From IMG/VR virus record IMGVR_UViG_3300049228_000101, positions 1-29,002 of that record: a stretch of 29,002 nt of DNA; one strand, given 5' to 3'. Shown one piece after another: positions 8,384-15,872 of this stretch. The notes below the pieces were generated by a model. It did not search any database, was not told where the DNA came from, and was given only the letters and a program-made list of their open reading frames with translations. Made by a program: the position numbers and the translations under genes. The DNA comes from a virus (taxonomy: Duplodnaviria; Caudoviricetes). Positions within the stretch are counted from its first letter, which is position 1. Every line of letters starts with the position of its first letter.

Positions 8384-8422
8384 CTAACCCCCTTGTATGT
8401 CTTGCTTTCTATGTGTGCTGTG

Positions 8423-8665
8423 CTACTCCGGTCCCAACTCTGCATTCAATATCTCATGCCACTTCTCATGGATCTGCTGATACACGTCAAGGATGAGGCG
8501 GCGCCTAGCTGCCGGTATCTTCTCCAAACCAGTCTCGTACTTCAAGACCGACCGCAGGTGGTTACCAAACTCCTCTATCGCAGACATATACTGCGGCGCC
8601 CTACGATACATGTCGTAGTCATCTCGATCCTCATCCATGTTGAACTCAAACGTGGCCTTCATCAC
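8423..8665 (-). CDS. Conserved small phage protein
   Basis: MKATFEFNMDED...LRSVLKY, a frequent phage family pattern (MKA.LEF.LPED). Confidence 0.7.
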   Translation of the reverse strand: MMKATFEFNMDEDRDDYDMYRRAPQYMSAIEEFGNHLRSVLKYETGLEKIPAARRRLILDVYQQIHEKWHEILNAELGPE

Positions 8666-8745
8666 TCATCCCCCATTACCTGGAACAAAAGCCACAACGT
8701 TACAACCAACGTCCCAGCCGTCAGCAGCGCGAGAACCCATATCAT
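8662..8745 (-). CDS. Single-TM micropeptide (27 aa)
   Basis: MIWVLALLTAGTLVVTLWLLFQVMGDE. GGGA upstream, and the stop overlaps the next start. It is nested in the tail of 8666-8914. Confidence 0.4.
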   Translation of the reverse strand: MIWVLALLTAGTLVVTLWLLFQVMGDE

Positions 8746-8914
8746 AAACTTCCCAATCCAAACTGAGAATAGCGTCCGGTGAGTAAAGAGAACGCCTCCG
8801 GTCGAACTGATCCCGCGGCCACTCCGGCTTGTGCCAGATGTTGTGGCCAACCGATAAATTGCGTATTGGCTGGTCCATCTTCTTGGCTATTCTTAGGGCC
8901 GTCGCAAGGTCCAT
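8666..8914 (-). CDS. Second DUF2829/Tad2-like small protein
   Basis: MDLATAL...IR....W.......YSPDAILSLDWEV pattern. Confidence 0.5.
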   Translation of the reverse strand: MDLATALRIAKKMDQPIRNLSVGHNIWHKPEWPRDQFDRRRSLYSPDAILSLDWEVYDMGSRAADGWDVGCNVVAFVPGNGG

Positions 8915-8929
8915 GTATACAGTATATAG

Positions 8930-9412
8930 TCATGTGTATACCTCCACAAACCCAACACCACATTTTGTTTTTTTAGGTTTGTATTTTAAAAACCACCAAA
9001 CAGTTGCTTGGTTAATCCTATAATATCTAGCAGCAGATCTGTGAGACAAAAACCGCTTAATGATTTTTCCAGTACTAAGATTATAGGATGCAATTGGTTT
9101 TCTCTGTACATTACTAGGGTGCCCGCAACGATCTAATCTCTCACGATTATTTACCAACCGATCCTGCATAACAATATTACCAAAATAGTATCCTAGTGAA
9201 TGGTTGATTCGACCACATTGAGGGCTCTTCCATCTTCTATTTTTCAAGTTTGACAACCACCACCCGATAAACTCACGAGAACCATACCCACGCTCTGCCC
9301 TTAACCTCTGATCTCTCCATGAGAAATAAGCCTGCCGAACCTCTTTAGATGGAAACTTATTCCGCCCTATTAAGATTGGACCGTCGTACCAATGTTTAGT
9401 CCGATGTGTCAT
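8930..9412 (-). CDS. HNH-like homing endonuclease with C-terminal NUMOD1-type HTH
   Basis: CGRINHSLGYYFGNIVMQDRLVN (beta-beta-alpha Me-like) and KPIASYNLSTGKIIKRFLSHRSAARYYRIN (NUMOD1 pattern). Visibly more AT-rich than its neighbours. Confidence 0.7.
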   Translation of the reverse strand: MTHRTKHWYDGPILIGRNKFPSKEVRQAYFSWRDQRLRAERGYGSREFIGWWLSNLKNRRWKSPQCGRINHSLGYYFGNIVMQDRLVNNRERLDRCGHPSNVQRKPIASYNLSTGKIIKRFLSHRSAARYYRINQATVWWFLKYKPKKTKCGVGFVEVYT

Positions 9413-9641
9413 AATCTTCCTTTATTAGTTGGAGCGTGTTGTCAGGCCTCACACGGTATACACCAGTTCCCCACAAGACCTCGGGCTCTGCTCCAAACAC
9501 CTCGAAGTACTCATCCATCGGGTCGGTCGTCGGCGACAAGGCCTTGATCGGGTTGGTGCTGTGTCCCTGGCGAAGCCGAATGTAACTGTTAGCGCGGAAA
9601 CCAACTAGCTGCAGGCCTTCGTAGGTTTTGTAGATTTTCAT
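9396..9641 (-). CDS. Hypothetical protein
   Basis: 81 aa, RBS GAGG, coupled. Confidence 0.65.
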   Translation of the reverse strand: MKIYKTYEGLQLVGFRANSYIRLRQGHSTNPIKALSPTTDPMDEYFEVFGAEPEVLWGTGVYRVRPDNTLQLIKEDYDTSD

Positions 9642-9970
9642 TTGGATCTAACCTCTGGCCAGTAATCCTCGAAATGATCATCCTGACTGCCACATAAAAC
9701 CTCACAAATAACATCATAAGGAATAGGGCGCTCATTTACAGCCTTCTGCAAATCATCTCGAAGATTGCCATAGTTAATGGCCAATAAACCACGCTTGTCG
9801 ATTAAAACATCCACCTCGTTAACGCCAAAAGTAAACCTGTTATTAGCATGATCACATACACAATTTAAAAGAACTCTGCCGTCTTCTTCTAGGACAACCT
9901 CTATAACCACGTGCCAAATACCCCACACCATAACTATAGAGCCGCGCTCAAGGAACCCACGAGATTTCAT
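9638..9970 (-). CDS. Hypothetical protein, first gene of the leftward array
   Basis: 110 aa, directly behind a TTGACA promoter. Confidence 0.65.
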   Translation of the reverse strand: MKSRGFLERGSIVMVWGIWHVVIEVVLEEDGRVLLNCVCDHANNRFTFGVNEVDVLIDKRGLLAINYGNLRDDLQKAVNERPIPYDVICEVLCGSQDDHFEDYWPEVRSK

Positions 9971-9977
9971 CTTCGAC

Positions 9978-10007
9978 CTAATACCAGTTGTGAATATTTT
10001 CTGTCAA
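9978..10007 (-). promoter_or_regulatory. Sigma-70-type promoter of the leftward accessory array
   Basis: TTGACA-18 bp-TATTAG with TG in the extended -10 position. ATG 7 nt downstream. Confidence 0.55.
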
Positions 10008-10049
10008 AAAAATTTGGTGTGGGTCATATAAAAATAAAATTATTAAAAG

Positions 10050-10068
10050 GACCCCCCACCCCGGGGTC
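10050..10068. other. GC-rich hairpin GACCCC-ccacccc-GGGGTC in an AT-rich context
   Basis: 6-bp perfect stem. On the minus strand it is followed by CTTTTAATAATTTTATTTTT. Confidence 0.5.
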
Positions 10069-10168
10069 AAGCCTAGACCTGGCATAGACTGGCGACGGCT
10101 GACAACACGTAACCTACTGAAAGATGGTCATGTCCTAGCGAATATACATATACTCGTGGGCGTAACTA

Positions 10169-10205
10169 TGCGTTTTGGAAAATCATTGTGCGTTTTAGGA
10201 AATCA
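10169..10205 (+). repeat. Tandem imperfect 17-bp repeat, 20-bp period
   Basis: TGCGTTTTGGAAAATCA (10169-10185) and TGCGTTTTAGGAAATCA (10189-10205). Confidence 0.75.
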
Positions 10206-10213
10206 GCACGTTG
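10201..10213 (+). promoter_or_regulatory. IHF consensus site
   Basis: AATCAGCACGTTG fits WATCARNNNNTTR exactly. Confidence 0.5.
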
Positions 10214-10443
10214 TTTTTGAATTCTAAGTTAAGGGATTCACAATGCGCCAGGGAATAAATACGTTTTTTCAAATACTATTCCCATCTGTAGAACTTATTA
10301 GCACTGTATAAAAGTTTGACAGCAACTCATGTGCTTGAATCTTATCCATATTCACTAAACCTTAATAAACTTCGTATACAAGTTCGACACTTTTGTGCAC
10401 GAGTAAATACCTAATCATGTGTGCAACTATTCACAATCATTGG

Positions 10444-10460
10444 TTGGCATGGCGTATGCA
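10444..10460 (+). promoter_or_regulatory. Sigma-54 (-24/-12) promoter
   Basis: TTGGCATGGCGTATGCA versus consensus YTGGCACGNNNNTTGCW. The GG-N10-GC spacing is exact. Confidence 0.6.
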
Positions 10461-10472
10461 ATATACCACTGT

Positions 10473-10712
10473 ATGACGAACATAAAATTCAAGATAGCGA
10501 TGTTGATAATCGTTATAATGGGAATGAGACAAGCAATAGCTTGCGATGAAGATATCGGTCCAAAAGAAACTGAACAAGAGATAAAAGAACTAGAACGTGA
10601 ATTGAATAAGGAGCTACAAAATGAAAAACAAACTGTTAATAATAATCCCACTGATAGCAGCGTGCGATCTGTCGGGGACCAGCCAAAACTCATCAGGAAG
10701 AGAAACAGATAA
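10473..10712 (+). CDS. Exported/membrane protein with acidic coiled coil
   Basis: Start reassigned to ATG 10473. MTNIKFKIAMLIIVIMGMRQAIA-C signal-like N-terminus. Confidence 0.55.
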   Translation: MTNIKFKIAMLIIVIMGMRQAIACDEDIGPKETEQEIKELERELNKELQNEKQTVNNNPTDSSVRSVGDQPKLIRKRNR

Positions 10713-11178
10713 CGGTAGTGAAGATGGAACTGTGCCTGAAGCTAAGACTAGTAATGGTCCTGCTCCAAGCTCAAACTACCAAGCTTATGAAGCTTTTCTA
10801 GGTGCTAAAGGACTTGTTGTGAACAACGTGATTGCTCCAAGATATGGCAACACCATGGAGAACCTAAACGACGTAGAACAGATTCGTATAGTGGCTACCG
10901 ATGTTAACGACCCACGAAAGTTCAACCTACGCATCAAGCTTGCCAGCGGAGTTATCGGTGATCACTGTGTGAACCAAGGGCCAAGCTATAGTAACTTCTT
11001 TAGCACTGCGACCAACGTTAAACCAAGTGCTGGGTCGAGCATAGTATGGGCCGTGATAGATGATTTTACATGGGTTAATGGGTATGTAGCTAGACTGGAG
11101 ATGTGTTTATACACGTTCCAAAACTCGGGTGTAATAGCAACCAACACATGCAAATTCTTTGAGGTGACATATGAATAA
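10621..11178 (+). CDS. Putative lipoprotein
   Basis: RBS AAGGAG. MKNKLLIIIPLIAA-C lipobox, Ser/Gly/Asn linker, beta-rich domain. Confidence 0.8.
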   Translation: MKNKLLIIIPLIAACDLSGTSQNSSGRETDNGSEDGTVPEAKTSNGPAPSSNYQAYEAFLGAKGLVVNNVIAPRYGNTMENLNDVEQIRIVATDVNDPRKFNLRIKLASGVIGDHCVNQGPSYSNFFSTATNVKPSAGSSIVWAVIDDFTWVNGYVARLEMCLYTFQNSGVIATNTCKFFEVTYE

Positions 11179-11473
11179 GTTAGCAATTCTTTTACTACTT
11201 GGCCTTGCAAATTGTTCTAGCAGACCTGAATTAATCAGGGAACAGGAATCAAACCTACTTGGCAACGTCAGTACTAAACAAGTGGCTGTATGTCAAGTTA
11301 AATGCTTCAATCGGGCTAATCGCGGAATCGAAGCCGTTCCGGCCGTAAAATTGTTTAATTACCTCGATGTCGGCAGATTCACTAAAGAAGTACAGAAATG
11401 CTGCTTTGATTGCTTCAGAGAGCGCAACGAGTACGACGATTTAACGGAGAGATTGTCTAATGCAGCTGACTAG
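11171..11473 (+). CDS. Putative Cys-rich lipoprotein
   Basis: RBS GAGGTG. MNKLAILLLLGLAN-C-SS, followed by CQVKC and CCFDC. Confidence 0.75.
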   Translation: MNKLAILLLLGLANCSSRPELIREQESNLLGNVSTKQVAVCQVKCFNRANRGIEAVPAVKLFNYLDVGRFTKEVQKCCFDCFRERNEYDDLTERLSNAAD

Positions 11474-11559
11474 CCGCCAAAAACAGTTACACGCTTTCGT
11501 GCAACACTTAAAAGCCACTGGCTGCTGGGGCATGGCTGAAATTATAGAGAGGATATTAC

Positions 11560-11715
11560 ATGAAACCTTACACAAGACTGAGAATATTGATAGCCTACAT
11601 GACTCTAAAGAAATGGTGGAGAGGACAGATCACTCTTAAGGACCAACAAAAGTTGGCTGAAAGTTTTAACAAGTGCGATCCTAAGATCACCATCAAAGGT
11701 GGCATATGGGGGTAG
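11560..11715 (+). CDS. Small basic protein (51 aa, not in ORF track)
   Basis: RBS GAGAGGA. MKPYTRLRILIAYMTLKKWWRGQITLKDQQKLAESFNKCDPKITIKGGIWG. Ends 4 bp before the recombinase. Confidence 0.65.
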   Translation: MKPYTRLRILIAYMTLKKWWRGQITLKDQQKLAESFNKCDPKITIKGGIWG

Positions 11716-11719
11716 CTAA

Positions 11720-12259
11720 GTGATCACGCCAATCACTCCTAAAGCAACCAAGGCCATCCTTGCCGCTCTGGAGAGGCTTGGAGAGACCAACATCGACCTA
11801 TTTATCCTTGAGACCATTATTAGAACAGGGGTTAGGTCAGCAGAGCTGGCAGTCATGAGAGCTGAGGATGTGGATATGGAGTCCTCCATGGTCCTAATAC
11901 ACGCCGTTAAGGGCTCAAGAGACCACAGAGTGCCCCTTACAAAGGAATACAGCCACAGGCTGTATAAGCATCTGAGAGCCTTTGGTACGATGGTCGGGCA
12001 CAGGACCCGTTCAACCAACGTTAATACAGCCACTGCCATCATGCGTCAGATCTTCATGCGTAATGCTAGGTTGTTTCCGCCAAACACATCTCTCCATGAT
12101 CTACGTGGTGCATTTGCCATATTGGTATACGATTCGACCAAGGACATCTTGCTTGTACAGGAACTTCTTGGTCACAAATCGCTTAGTTCGACCCAGGTGT
12201 ATGTTCGCATGAGCAACGCGTTCGCACAACGGGACGCCGTGTTAAAGTCGTTTCGATGA
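11720..12259 (+). CDS. Tyrosine recombinase, catalytic domain only (179 aa)
   Basis: Complete catalytic set: TGVRSAEL (R), AVKG (K), HDLR (H-x-x-R), LLGH, TQVY (Y). No N-terminal core-binding or arm-binding domain. Confidence 0.92.
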   Translation: MITPITPKATKAILAALERLGETNIDLFILETIIRTGVRSAELAVMRAEDVDMESSMVLIHAVKGSRDHRVPLTKEYSHRLYKHLRAFGTMVGHRTRSTNVNTATAIMRQIFMRNARLFPPNTSLHDLRGAFAILVYDSTKDILLVQELLGHKSLSSTQVYVRMSNAFAQRDAVLKSFR

Positions 12260-12286
12260 CCAGTCCGACCGATCCGCATTTGTACG

Positions 12287-12314
12287 AGTTTACATAATGT
12301 TTGAAAACCCGAAA
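12287..12314 (-). other. dif-like recombination site with a perfect XerD arm and a non-canonical partner arm
   Basis: Minus strand TTTCGGGTTTT-CAAACA-TTATGTAAACT. The right 11 bp equal the B. subtilis dif XerD/RipX arm. Confidence 0.55.
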
Positions 12315-12360
12315 ATCTAAAAACATAATGATAGCAATATGTTATAAATGACGCGGAGCG

Positions 12361-12607
12361 CAATTTCTATGCAAAAGAGCCGATTCTATGCACTTTTAAT
12401 ACATACAACCACTGGAAACCAAAGGTGAAAGTACTGTTTGCATACAATAATACATACACACACACACAACAACTATATACGTATAGAGATATATAGGTAG
12501 GGGATATGCGTATTTTCTATGCAAATAAGCTCTTTTTTAATGATTTCAACAACTTCTATGAATTGATTTTCTAAAATCTGCATAAAACTGCTCATAAGTA
12601 CTTGATA
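12361..12607. repeat. Putative replication origin with iteron-like repeats
   Basis: TTCTATGCA at 12365, 12384 and 12515, and TTCTATGAA at 12554. Inverted variants TGCATACAA (12439) and TGCATAAAA (12579). Also a (CA)n run, AT-richness and an IHF consensus at 12595-12607(-). Lies directly downstream of the primase gene. Confidence 0.65.
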
Positions 12608-14860
12608 TCATTGCCAAACATAGTATTTCCGTGTTCCAACAACAGCACTAATGTATCCACTGTCCATCAAGTCCCTGATATACACCTGAATCATCTGTGG
12701 GTTCTGCTCTTTTCCAAGCAATGCCTTAAGATGCACTGCGACACGCTTCTTGAGGTTGAACACCAGTTCTCTTTTCCCACGCACAGGCTTAAGCCGGTCG
12801 ATAAGCTGCTCGGTTATGCCCTTGTCGTTGGCCTTCATGTACCTGACAAGCGAGCCCTGTGAGTAGCTCATGACCTTGGTTGCCCACTCCACAGCACCCT
12901 CATCCACCCGGCTCACGCATCCGTTGCCAACAAACCAACAGGCCAGCAGTCGGCATATCATCTCCACCCTTCTGGTAAGGGCTATACTGATTGGGTGTGT
13001 TTGATTCTCCCCAAGAAGCGAGTCGTACTCGGTCTTAATGGCTTCGATCTGCTTGGCGTGCTCGTTGATAATCCTGGCAGCTTCCTTAGTGTATGGAACT
13101 TCAGCGGACAGGATGGGAGCCAGAAACGGATTGGCCGAGTAGTCGAACTTAGTTGAAGCCATCTTTGGAGCTGCCAGCATAGTGCTCTCAATAGTGTCTG
13201 TAATGATCGGTGCGAAAGACCCATCAGCCTCAATGCGAATATCACCTGGGTCTTTAAGGAAAACATGCCCCTCTGGAAGCTCTGTTCTGGTCTCGATGAA
13301 AAACAGCGTTCTACTAACAAGGCCCTTTTCCCAGGCAGCTTTGTTGTCGATCAGAGCCTGTAACCCTCTGCCAGTGGTAGAACCGATCCAAACCAGGTGT
13401 GGGTTAGCTACTGGAGTAATTTTCTTGGCCTTATCAAGAACAGCGTTCTTGCCCATAGAAGATCTACCAGCCGACCAGAGCATACACATATTTTCCACGG
13501 TTACCTTGTGTGGATTGTTCTCAGAGAAATTCAGCTGCTCAAACAGAGAGGACACTTCGTCCATAACATCGACCCTGATTCGCTTTGGGTTAGCAGCTAA
13601 ATCTAGCAGTACACCTTTACTTGAGTCATACCGATCAAACCCAATATAGCTAGATCCAGCTTTAGCCACGTTGTACATGAGTTTTTTTAAAGCCCTCTGT
13701 GGCGCGTCCTTTCCAAACCCAGTAGCTCCGACATTGGCGATAAAAAGATTAGGAGCAGCGTTGTTGAATGTGTAAGTATTGGATGCACACGCCGAGAGAG
13801 CGGCAAGGCCGCTCCCAAGCGTTAGCGCTGGTGAATAGATATCCGAATTATTGACAAGGTATTCGCTCCACGCTTCTAGAAAAGGAACAGAGTCCAGAAG
13901 TTTTTGATATCCAGAAGCGGTTGGGACTTCGAAAAAGCCGTCACGCATTAGGTCTATGTTTGGCTCTTCCTCGATGGTTGGAACTTCCTCTGGAACGATT
14001 TCTATTTTGTATTCCTCGTTCATATGACCGTTATTCAAAGAGCTTTTTTGTGCTCGTTTGCAGAATTCTACAGCTCTTTGTATCGGTGTTAAATCTCTCC
14101 AAACCGGGTGTTCTTTGGCGTCGTCAAACCAAGCTTTTTTTCCGAATATTTTTCTGTCCAGTTCAAGCAGCCAAGCCCCGACCTGTTCCACATTCAGCCC
14201 GTCCAGTTTCATAGAGCAGCACTTGGCGTAAGCTGCCTGTGTCAGGTAGTTGTTTCTGCCCCCGACACCGAGAGGACTATCGGTTGAAATTACGTCGGTG
14301 ATAGTTCTGTCGTCACCAGGGGCGTCTTTGATAGTGCGGAATATTTTGTTTGTTTTGCAAAATTCTAGAATTCGTTTGAAATCTTCTTCTGGTTTTTTTA
14401 ATTCGATTAATTCTTTGACGTGAATTGGGTCAGACATTTCCCAGCGGTAGGGCTGCTTTGTGTCTGGATGAATCGACGGCGGGATTACGCTTTGAGCACC
14501 AACGGCTAAGAGTTCCACTGGGTGTTCGAGTGAACTTTTTTTATGAACCTTCGCGTTTGTTCTGTAGAAAGCTGTGAGTCCAGTCTTTCCCTTTTTGATT
14601 AAATTGCTTTCAGGCAGTAATGCGAGCACACGCTCATCGTCGGTGTCAATATCTAACGCGATAACGCCGTGCCCAAGGACAATCCCTATTCCAGTGGCGC
14701 GTTCAGCCATTGGAATTAGACCGAGTACTTCTGCCTCTGTTTGAGAGTGAGTACAATAGAAGGACCACTTTTCTATCGTGGGTCTTTTCCCACTGATTGG
14801 GATTACATTGAATCCGAGTTCATGAAATTTTACTGCGTTGTCCGAAAAAATTGACGCCAC
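12608..14860 (-). CDS. Bifunctional primase-polymerase fused to a P-loop helicase-like domain
   Basis: Prim-Pol motifs LGFNVIP..GKRP, GIGI.LG.GVIALDID and VIPPSIHPDT.QPYRW. PriCT-like GGRNNYL, Walker A GATGFGKD, Walker B VMDEV. Confidence 0.9.
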   Translation of the reverse strand: MASIFSDNAVKFHELGFNVIPISGKRPTIEKWSFYCTHSQTEAEVLGLIPMAERATGIGIVLGHGVIALDIDTDDERVLALLPESNLIKKGKTGLTAFYRTNAKVHKKSSLEHPVELLAVGAQSVIPPSIHPDTKQPYRWEMSDPIHVKELIELKKPEEDFKRILEFCKTNKIFRTIKDAPGDDRTITDVISTDSPLGVGGRNNYLTQAAYAKCCSMKLDGLNVEQVGAWLLELDRKIFGKKAWFDDAKEHPVWRDLTPIQRAVEFCKRAQKSSLNNGHMNEEYKIEIVPEEVPTIEEEPNIDLMRDGFFEVPTASGYQKLLDSVPFLEAWSEYLVNNSDIYSPALTLGSGLAALSACASNTYTFNNAAPNLFIANVGATGFGKDAPQRALKKLMYNVAKAGSSYIGFDRYDSSKGVLLDLAANPKRIRVDVMDEVSSLFEQLNFSENNPHKVTVENMCMLWSAGRSSMGKNAVLDKAKKITPVANPHLVWIGSTTGRGLQALIDNKAAWEKGLVSRTLFFIETRTELPEGHVFLKDPGDIRIEADGSFAPIITDTIESTMLAAPKMASTKFDYSANPFLAPILSAEVPYTKEAARIINEHAKQIEAIKTEYDSLLGENQTHPISIALTRRVEMICRLLACWFVGNGCVSRVDEGAVEWATKVMSYSQGSLVRYMKANDKGITEQLIDRLKPVRGKRELVFNLKKRVAVHLKALLGKEQNPQMIQVYIRDLMDSGYISAVVGTRKYYVWQ

Positions 14861-14919
14861 TACCTTGACCCTCCTGATAACCGTGGTAATTACTAAAGCT
14901 CATAAGGAGCAAAAGCAAC

Positions 14920-15168
14920 ATGGTGAAAAAAAATAAATTATTTATTAAGTACTTTAATGAGCACTTCACTTCGCTTCGAGAAGCGGAAAAGGTACTCGAC
15001 ATTTCGTATCAATCAGCAGTGCACTATTTGGAAGGGCTTCACGAGCCCAATATAAGAACCATACAGCGCATCGCTAGAAAAAGCAAAGGGGCCATTCCGG
15101 TTACGAGCTGGCAGCGCGGCATTGATCATGCGAACAGGGCGAACAGAACCAGATCGGACAGGCGATGA
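14920..15168 (+). CDS. Cro/XRE-like HTH regulator
   Basis: SLREAEKVLDISYQSAVHYLEGLHEP...IQRIA...G.I....W. RBS AAGGAG. Divergent from the primase gene. Confidence 0.75.
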   Translation: MVKKNKLFIKYFNEHFTSLREAEKVLDISYQSAVHYLEGLHEPNIRTIQRIARKSKGAIPVTSWQRGIDHANRANRTRSDRR

Positions 15169-15872
15169 AAATAAATAACACTCGTGATATTCACGCCAAG
15201 CCAACGTATGCATGTGTTTATGGGTGCAGTGGTATTGGGAAAACATCCTTGGCTAAAACTTTACCAGCAGATCGCACATTAATAGTTGACGCCGAGTCAG
15301 GACTTGCTTCGCTTGCTACAACAAATATTGACAACATTTCTTTATCTAAGGACGATGAAGGAAAATCACTGCCAGAGGAAGCGCGCTATCAGAGGCTTCA
15401 AGAATTTATGCAGCTGATTCAGACTCCAGAGATGAAAGCTAAGTACGATTACATCTTTATCGACTCTCTGACAGAGATTGGTCAGAACATACAAAAGCAC
15501 ATGGCTTCGCTTCACGACGGGTACAAACTTTGGGGTGAGTATACGGCTGCAATGATGAGCATGATTAAATTTTTTCGTGATATGGATCACTACACCGTGG
15601 TTTTCGTAGCGCTTGAAGGGCGCATTGAAGACGACTCTGGAATTTCTTCTGCTTATCCAGATATCGGCGGAAAGAAAGCGAAAGAGTATTTGCTGCCGGC
15701 GTTTGATCTTTGTATGAGAATGATTGTCGACAGTGAAAAGCACAGATGGCTCGTTACGCAGTCCACACCAAAGACACAGGCAAAAGACAGATCAGGCAAA
15801 CTTGCAGAGCTAGAGGCTCCGCACTTGGGGAACATTTTAAACAAGATAAGGGGAAAGACAAATGAACTTTAA
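15165..15872 (+). CDS. Sak4-like AAA ATPase (ssDNA annealing/recombination)
   Basis: YGCSGIGKTS Walker A, IVDAESG, IFIDSLTE and AKDRSG motifs. Located upstream of an SSB-like gene. Confidence 0.88.
   Translation: MKINNTRDIHAKPTYACVYGCSGIGKTSLAKTLPADRTLIVDAESGLASLATTNIDNISLSKDDEGKSLPEEARYQRLQEFMQLIQTPEMKAKYDYIFIDSLTEIGQNIQKHMASLHDGYKLWGEYTAAMMSMIKFFRDMDHYTVVFVALEGRIEDDSGISSAYPDIGGKKAKEYLLPAFDLCMRMIVDSEKHRWLVTQSTPKTQAKDRSGKLAELEAPHLGNILNKIRGKTNEL

Noticed and set aside
6730-8782. Several long plus-strand ORFs (up to 238 aa) opposite the accessory array
   Set aside because: They are antisense shadows of coupled minus-strand genes. Their His/Pro/Thr-rich composition reflects the C/A-rich plus strand, and they have no RBS or recognisable motifs.
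10080-10096. Second sigma-54-like motif TGGCATAGACTGGC
   Set aside because: The spacing is GG-N9-GC rather than the required N10.
10070-10420. Possible CRISPR mini-array, tRNA or known ncRNA in the large intergenic region
   Set aside because: Only two short repeat copies with a 3-nt gap, plus TAGAC(C)TGGC twice. No repeat-spacer periodicity and no cloverleaf or T-loop motif seen.
11720-12259. Recombinase as a truncated integrase pseudogene
   Set aside because: All catalytic residues are intact, it has a GGGGG RBS-like sequence, and the upstream DNA holds a separate complete ORF rather than a decayed N-terminal domain.
12298-12312. Resemblance of GTTTGAAAAC to epsilon-proteobacterial difH (XerH) arms
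   Set aside because: It is a short AT-rich match without the paired inverted arm. The XerD-arm reading is stronger.
14820-15002. 60-aa minus-strand ORF upstream of the primase
   Set aside because: It overlaps both the HTH gene and the primase start and has no RBS, so it is likely spurious.
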